IMG/VR virus record: IMGVR_UViG_3300009703_000012
Coordinates: 1-64,000 of that record
Length of the DNA stretch: 64,000 nt
Origin: an uncultured virus (IMG/VR IMGVR_UViG_3300009703_000012)
Lineage: Duplodnaviria; Heunggongvirae; Uroviricota; Caudoviricetes
Reading direction: 5' to 3' (one strand)
Shown here: positions 58,525-64,000 of the stretch, one piece after another
Position numbering within the stretch: the stretch's first letter is position 1
Layout of the letters: every line of letters begins with the position of its first letter
Position numbers and translations under genes: made by a program
Notes under the pieces: generated by a model
Database searches by the model: none
What the model was told of the DNA's origin: nothing
The model's input: the letters and a program-made list of their open reading frames with translations, nothing else

Positions 58525-60840
58525 TTAAACTGCGTTAACCACTTCAGAGAATTCTACTCCAGAAGCCACGGCAACAAAGTTTAATCCTATAAAGTTAATA
58601 GATTTAGTGGGTTTAATGAAAATATCTCCTCTAAACTCATTTCTATTTATAACAGCAGGCGTATTATTTGTTCCATCACATACTACTTGAAACGCTTCTA
58701 TACCTCTTGATGATTGAACATCTCTTAAAAAAGGCTCTATTATAGAAATAAAATTTAATCGTGTAAATTCATCGTTAAATTCAAATAACAAATTTTCAGC
58801 CGCATTTGCTATAGCTTTTTCTAGAATAATAAAAAGTCTACGTACATTAATTCTATCAAAAGATGATGGTCTTGCTAATAATGTTTTATCACCAAATAGG
58901 ATTTTTCCTTTTCCAGGAAATGATGCTATTGGATTAATACCATTTATATACAAATCATCTCTTTCAGCATTATTCGGAATATATGCTATAAATTCTGCAC
59001 CTTTTATATTTCCTCTTGTAAATCCCGCAGGAGAAACATAAGGATTAACATTATCTGCTTGGGCACAAATTCCAGCAATATCGCCATTCATTGGAACCCA
59101 TCTATAAATAGAATTATACCTGTCAAACAAGTATTTGTAACTTCCATCCATAACAGCATAACTTGTGCTTGGTAATGCATTCCTTCTAGCAACTGCGTTT
59201 GTTACTTCGCTTCCTTCTTTGTTTACAACATCTGCTTCTTCAGGAGAAACAAATACAACACAATCTTTTCTAGTTTCTGCTATTTCATTAATCAAATATG
59301 TGCATAAAGTATTTGATGCTTCTCCCGAAATTATTAAAGAAACATCTATTTTTGCAGGATCTTTGAAATAACTATAAGCATTAATTTCATCTGAAGCTGA
59401 AGAACTATATCCATCAACTCCTCCTGAAAGACTGGCTGTCATAATTCCATTTGAGCCTGCTCCACTAAAAGATCCAGCAAATCTAGCACTAAGATTTCCT
59501 TGAGTAAGAGTATTACCCCAATCAAGAGTAATTTTATTAGATCCTGCATCTGTAGGAGCATCTCCCATTGCATCATGATCTGTCCATCTAACCCATTTAG
59601 AACTATTGTTTATTGCTTCTTTATAATACACAGATTGTCCAGTAGATCCTGTAGCACCATTTGCTACTGATACTTTTGGATGTGCTTCAAGAACTTGTCT
59701 ATTTGAAGTAGATTTTGCTCCTCTTTTATCTTTTGCTCCTAAAATATCGCCATCTTCATCTACTACTATAACGTGAATTTCATCTCCAACATCTCCTGAT
59801 CCAGTTTTATTATAAGCAAAAGGACTTGTAAGAGGTGGTTGTGCAAAAGAATCTGCATATTCCCATTGTCTTTTCCAAGTACTCTGTGTAGTTATTGCTC
59901 TATCATAAGCGGATACCATAGTCATGGATGTTGTATTTCCAACAGATTGCACTCTTCGTTGTACTTCAACACCAGTATCATCATTGCATATAATAATATC
60001 TCCAACATGAATTTGTCGAGAAAAATTAGTATCTGTTCCTGTAATTACCTGAGAACCTGCAGTTGCACTAAGAGAACCTTGCATATTAGTTGCTGGTTCT
60101 TTAAAAGCTGATCTCTTTTTTCTTACAAATGATACACCTGATCCACCAATTAATCCTGTAGTTTCAGCACCACCAGTAGCTTGTGCAATTGTTGCCACAG
60201 TATTAGAAGTAATTGCAGTTACTATTCCTACATTACTGTTTGAACCACCTTCTACAACAACATCTCCAACTCTTAATTCTGTATCAAATAATGTACTTGT
60301 TCCTGTAATACCTGCTCCAGTATCACTATTTGCAAATGTACCAGTAAGTGCAATATCTGTATTACTTGCTAGTTTAACAGTACCATCACTCTCACTAACT
60401 ATTGTATTTGCTCTGTCTGCAATACATATAGACACTTTCATTGAATTTCCAAGTACTCCTGGATATTTTGCTGTAAAACTTGTTCCTGCAGTTGTTGTGG
60501 ACATGTATGTATTTTGATATTCACTATCGTTTCGAATCAACATTGCAGTACCACCAGATACTGCATTTTTAGCAGTTGATGTACTAGCCGCCCTAACAAT
60601 TCTTAGTTTATTTGAATAACTCAAAAAACTTGCGGCACTAAAAAATGTTTTATATGTATTTCCGTTTGGTTTACCGAATACTGAAACCAGCTCATCTTCT
60701 GAAGTAACTAATGTTGCCTCCTCCAAGGGACCCCATGTTAAATTACCAGCTATAGCACCATCTGAAATAGAAGGAATGGATACTCTAGTGGTTAAGTCGA
60801 TTTCTGCTACGGCTACTCCTGGACTAACTTGAAAGGCCAT
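58525..60840 (-). CDS. gp18: Contractile tail sheath protein
   Basis: SPGV...EIDLT, WGP, SPAG..RG, FDRINVRRLF, FEFND. Confidence 0.97.
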   Translation of the reverse strand: MAFQVSPGVAVAEIDLTTRVSIPSISDGAIAGNLTWGPLEEATLVTSEDELVSVFGKPNGNTYKTFFSAASFLSYSNKLRIVRAASTSTAKNAVSGGTAMLIRNDSEYQNTYMSTTTAGTSFTAKYPGVLGNSMKVSICIADRANTIVSESDGTVKLASNTDIALTGTFANSDTGAGITGTSTLFDTELRVGDVVVEGGSNSNVGIVTAITSNTVATIAQATGGAETTGLIGGSGVSFVRKKRSAFKEPATNMQGSLSATAGSQVITGTDTNFSRQIHVGDIIICNDDTGVEVQRRVQSVGNTTSMTMVSAYDRAITTQSTWKRQWEYADSFAQPPLTSPFAYNKTGSGDVGDEIHVIVVDEDGDILGAKDKRGAKSTSNRQVLEAHPKVSVANGATGSTGQSVYYKEAINNSSKWVRWTDHDAMGDAPTDAGSNKITLDWGNTLTQGNLSARFAGSFSGAGSNGIMTASLSGGVDGYSSSASDEINAYSYFKDPAKIDVSLIISGEASNTLCTYLINEIAETRKDCVVFVSPEEADVVNKEGSEVTNAVARRNALPSTSYAVMDGSYKYLFDRYNSIYRWVPMNGDIAGICAQADNVNPYVSPAGFTRGNIKGAEFIAYIPNNAERDDLYINGINPIASFPGKGKILFGDKTLLARPSSFDRINVRRLFIILEKAIANAAENLLFEFNDEFTRLNFISIIEPFLRDVQSSRGIEAFQVVCDGTNNTPAVINRNEFRGDIFIKPTKSINFIGLNFVAVASGVEFSEVVNAV

Positions 60841-60886
60841 ATTATCTCTCCCTAAAATATTTTGAATAAATCTTTTGCTTCCAATA

Positions 60887-60894
60887 TATTTATA
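60887..60894 (-). promoter_or_regulatory. T4-type late promoter for gp18-19-20
   Basis: Intergenic TATAAATA. Confidence 0.8.
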
Positions 60895-60931
60895 TTTTAG
60901 CTGATTTTGGAGATGTTTTTATTTATTGTAA

Positions 60932-60939
60932 TATAAATA
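60932..60939 (+). promoter_or_regulatory. T4-type late promoter for HNH-like gene
   Basis: TATAAATA ending 5 nt before ATG 60945. Confidence 0.6.
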
Positions 60940-60944
60940 ATAAG

Positions 60945-61367
60945 ATGAAGAAGGCTATTGAAAGATTTGAAGATAAAATTTTAAAAACAAATGATTGTTG
61001 GTTCTGGACTGCAAGCAAAACAAAACAGGGATATGGTATGTTTTCATATGATGGACAATCAATTCCTGCTCATAGATTTGCATATATTGCTTATAAGGGA
61101 TCTATTGAACGAAATAAAATAGTTCATCAATCATGCAACAATACATATTGTGTAAAACCAGAACATTTGTATTTAACTACAAAAAGTGAAACGAGAAATA
61201 AATTTTATGAATTGAGAATTAATCCTGAAATGATATTCAATGAATCTATAAGATATTTACAAAAATTAAAAAATTTAAGACCAGATTTAAAACACGATAT
61301 AAACAAATTAATTGATCAAATAAAAGAACCTAAAAATATTCATCGTATTAATGTAGATAATCCGTAG
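60945..61367 (+). CDS. HNH (His-Me finger) homing-endonuclease-like protein, possibly degenerate
   Basis: CWFW, GYG.F, AHR.AY, C.N..CV.P.HL; the only convincing plus-strand gene. Confidence 0.8.
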   Translation: MKKAIERFEDKILKTNDCWFWTASKTKQGYGMFSYDGQSIPAHRFAYIAYKGSIERNKIVHQSCNNTYCVKPEHLYLTTKSETRNKFYELRINPEMIFNESIRYLQKLKNLRPDLKHDINKLIDQIKEPKNIHRINVDNP

Positions 61368-62991
61368 AATATTTTTTATCTACTACCCATTTTTCACCAC
61401 CCATATTTACTGTTTCTGGTTCATAAGAATCTCTTCCATCATTTATATAACCAAAAGGTATCAATTGTGCTTCTGCTTCTTCTAGTTGTTCTTTAAACAT
61501 TTTTTCACGTAAATCTAAATCTGTAATTTCTGTAAAATATTTTTGATTTACTAACCAACCAAACAAAATTAAAGTTGTCATCAAGTCATCATGATATCCT
61601 TCATCTGCTTCATAACTTGATCCTTTAGCAATATATGTCGTCATTTCAGTAATAGTGTCTAAATCCCAAACAAGTAATTTATCCCCTTCTATCAAATCTT
61701 TACAACTAGAACACCCTTTTCTTTTAACTTCTTTTGTAGTTCTAATTCCTAATTGCGAACCTTTTCCGAATCCGCCCCCTAAAGTTTGACCCGATCTTCC
61801 CATAACACTTGTTTGAAAAATATTAGGATATTCTAAATCGTGATGTAAAATATCTGCTACTTGACCACCAATATCATTTATTTCAACTAAAATATATGCA
61901 GAATTATAATATCTACTCACATTATCAACAACATTTGGTAATAATATAGGAGAAATGTTTTCATCTCTATATTTTGCAACTTGTTCATATGGAAATTGAG
62001 AAACATCTATAATTGAAAATGCAGAATAATCTTGGCCTCTTCCTCTTGCAACATCAACTATACACACATATGAATGTTTAGGATCTGGTTCAACATATAC
62101 ATCTAAACTATCTCTCTTTGAAATAGGTGGTTTATAAGGCATTTGTCTCAATTTAGAAGGAGAAATTAATGTATTTTGTGAACCAATAAAATCACATTCA
62201 TATTCTTGAGCAAATTGCAATTCACTCGTATTTTTTATTGTTTCTTCTTTCCATTTTTGATCTCTTCCAGGTGTTTGAGACCAATGAACTTCAATGGGAA
62301 TATAATTGCTTCTTTTCTCTTCAGCATCGACCCACATCTTATAAAACATGTTCAATCCTTTTGGAGTTGAAACAATAAAAACTTTAGTGGTGACACCAGA
62401 AGAAATTGTAGGATATACAGAAGTGAAAAAATCTTCTGCTAAACTTGGTGGATCAATATGTGCAAACTCATCCATAAAAATAATATTAAAAGACGATCCA
62501 CGAACCGCTGAAGAAGAAGTTGAAGCAGATATAACTTTACTACCATTTTCTAATTCAATATTACCTCTATTCCAAACAACTACGCCTTGTTGCAACCATT
62601 TTGGTAAATGCTCATATGCAGTTTTTAATCTCTGAAGGATCTCTCTTGAAGTAGACCCTTTATTTGCTAATATAGCAATATTAGCTTGTTCATTAAAAAG
62701 AGCAAAATGTAATAAATAAGCAACAATTGTTGTTGATTTTCCAGTTTGTCGAGGCATCTTACAAATAACAAAACGATTATTATGAAATGTTTCAACCATC
62801 TCTTCTTGATAATCATACAAATCAAAAGGCATTAAACCATGATCAACATGAACGATTTTCATATACTGTTTTGCAAAATGTACAGGATCATTAGAGCATC
62901 TAATATATTCTTCTATAGTCTCTTTATCATACTCTACTGGTTGATATGCCCCTTTAAGAAGAGGATTTCCTGCGTAAGTATCTTTAGCCAT
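61348..62991 (-). CDS. gp17: Terminase large subunit
   Basis: PRQTGKST, FMDEFA, VSTPKG, DVARG, HDDL motifs. Confidence 0.97.
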   Translation of the reverse strand: MAKDTYAGNPLLKGAYQPVEYDKETIEEYIRCSNDPVHFAKQYMKIVHVDHGLMPFDLYDYQEEMVETFHNNRFVICKMPRQTGKSTTIVAYLLHFALFNEQANIAILANKGSTSREILQRLKTAYEHLPKWLQQGVVVWNRGNIELENGSKVISASTSSSAVRGSSFNIIFMDEFAHIDPPSLAEDFFTSVYPTISSGVTTKVFIVSTPKGLNMFYKMWVDAEEKRSNYIPIEVHWSQTPGRDQKWKEETIKNTSELQFAQEYECDFIGSQNTLISPSKLRQMPYKPPISKRDSLDVYVEPDPKHSYVCIVDVARGRGQDYSAFSIIDVSQFPYEQVAKYRDENISPILLPNVVDNVSRYYNSAYILVEINDIGGQVADILHHDLEYPNIFQTSVMGRSGQTLGGGFGKGSQLGIRTTKEVKRKGCSSCKDLIEGDKLLVWDLDTITEMTTYIAKGSSYEADEGYHDDLMTTLILFGWLVNQKYFTEITDLDLREKMFKEQLEEAEAQLIPFGYINDGRDSYEPETVNMGGEKWVVDKKYSTDYLH

Positions 62992-64000
62992 TATTTTAAC
63001 TCGTAATTTACTAAACCTTGTTTTGCGGTAAAATCTGTAGCGCCTGACATTGATCCTAATATTTTTAATGTAGCAGATTTGGGAGAAACCATTCTTATAT
63101 CAATAATACCTTTTCTCCATTTAGATTTATTTAAATTTGCTTGATAAAAATCTTTACCACCGATTATTTCGTGAACATATTTTCTTGATAACCTATCATT
63201 ATTTAATACACTCGCCACAGAATAATTAAAAAAAGAAGTAATTGTAAAGGGATAATTATTTCTTATTGTTTGTATAACTTGTTCTCTTCCATCGAAAGTT
63301 TTTCTCTTTATAAAATAATCTTCTATTGCTACTATTACATCATCAATTTCTTGATTTTCTTTTGGAGAAAGAGTCTGATTCATTGCGACTTTTCGAATAC
63401 TTTCATAAATAGAATGATTTGTATTTTGTACAATTGATTTTTTTATTTTTAATACTGTTCTTAATCCAACTTCAAATGTTATATTTTTTGAATATTTAAA
63501 TCTACTTGCTCCTACTTGTTCTGATGTATATCCCATATTAGATGCAACTCGACACATTTTTTTAAAAAAACAATCTCTATAACCAGTATAATATTTCATT
63601 CCATAAGGAAGAACATTCGACATAAATGATGCGGCGGAGCCCTTATCATATTTACTCGATATGCTAACAGTAGTTGTATCAAATATCAAACTACTATCAA
63701 CAAGTTTAAATGCAGGATCAGTCGGTATACTAAAAGATTTCAAATTAATTCCAAACATATCAGAAGGAGTACAAGTATCTGATAACTGATTTTTAAATGC
63801 TAATATTCCTATTAAAATCTCACCAAAATAAACACCTAGTTCATCAATATGACTATCATCAATACCATTCAGATCAATTTCAGATAAATCATCTTTATCT
63901 AAATATGTTTTTATTTTTTCTATAAGATAATCATTATTACTAATTTTATTATCTAAACCCCAAACAATACTTTTTTTTAAATCTTCATAAGTATTAAATA
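62991..64000 (-). CDS. Partial hypothetical protein, possibly PD-(D/E)xK nuclease-like
   Basis: Frame stays open from the window end through ATG 63758; YFGE...PTDPAFKLVDS...SISSK. Confidence 0.5.
   Translation of the reverse strand, partial: FNTYEDLKKSIVWGLDNKISNNDYLIEKIKTYLDKDDLSEIDLNGIDDSHIDELGVYFGEILIGILAFKNQLSDTCTPSDMFGINLKSFSIPTDPAFKLVDSSLIFDTTTVSISSKYDKGSAASFMSNVLPYGMKYYTGYRDCFFKKMCRVASNMGYTSEQVGASRFKYSKNITFEVGLRTVLKIKKSIVQNTNHSIYESIRKVAMNQTLSPKENQEIDDVIVAIEDYFIKRKTFDGREQVIQTIRNNYPFTITSFFNYSVASVLNNDRLSRKYVHEIIGGKDFYQANLNKSKWRKGIIDIRMVSPKSATLKILGSMSGATDFTAKQGLVNYELK

Overview
A 64 kb, AT-rich segment of a T4-like myovirus genome, with nearly all genes on the minus strand. The core genes are replication/recombination (gp44, gp45, gp46, gp47, gp55, uvsW, uvsY), a CobS/CobT-like pair, peptide deformylase, a C5 DNA methyltransferase, and morphogenesis genes (gp3, gp23, gp22, gp21, gp68-like, gp20, gp19, gp18, gp17). 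Sigma70-type early promoters and TATAAATA late promoters are recognisable. The main surprise is a ~32 kb block between portal gp20 and the gp68/gp21 prohead genes. It holds (i) an apparent lipid/polyketide biosynthetic cluster: ACP, TauD-like oxygenase, SDR, type III PKS, AcpS, 2OG-Fe(II) oxygenase and seven tandem membrane desaturases; (ii) a RiPP-like module of three radical SAM enzymes plus a protein ending in twelve C-x-C-N-C-(N/D)-F repeats; (iii) two giant Gly-Ser-Ala triplet fibre proteins; and (iv) a non-canonical tRNA-Pro(GGG)-like RNA beside a TYW3-like gene. All functional calls come from motif recognition by eye; no database searches were run, so novelty is not confirmed.
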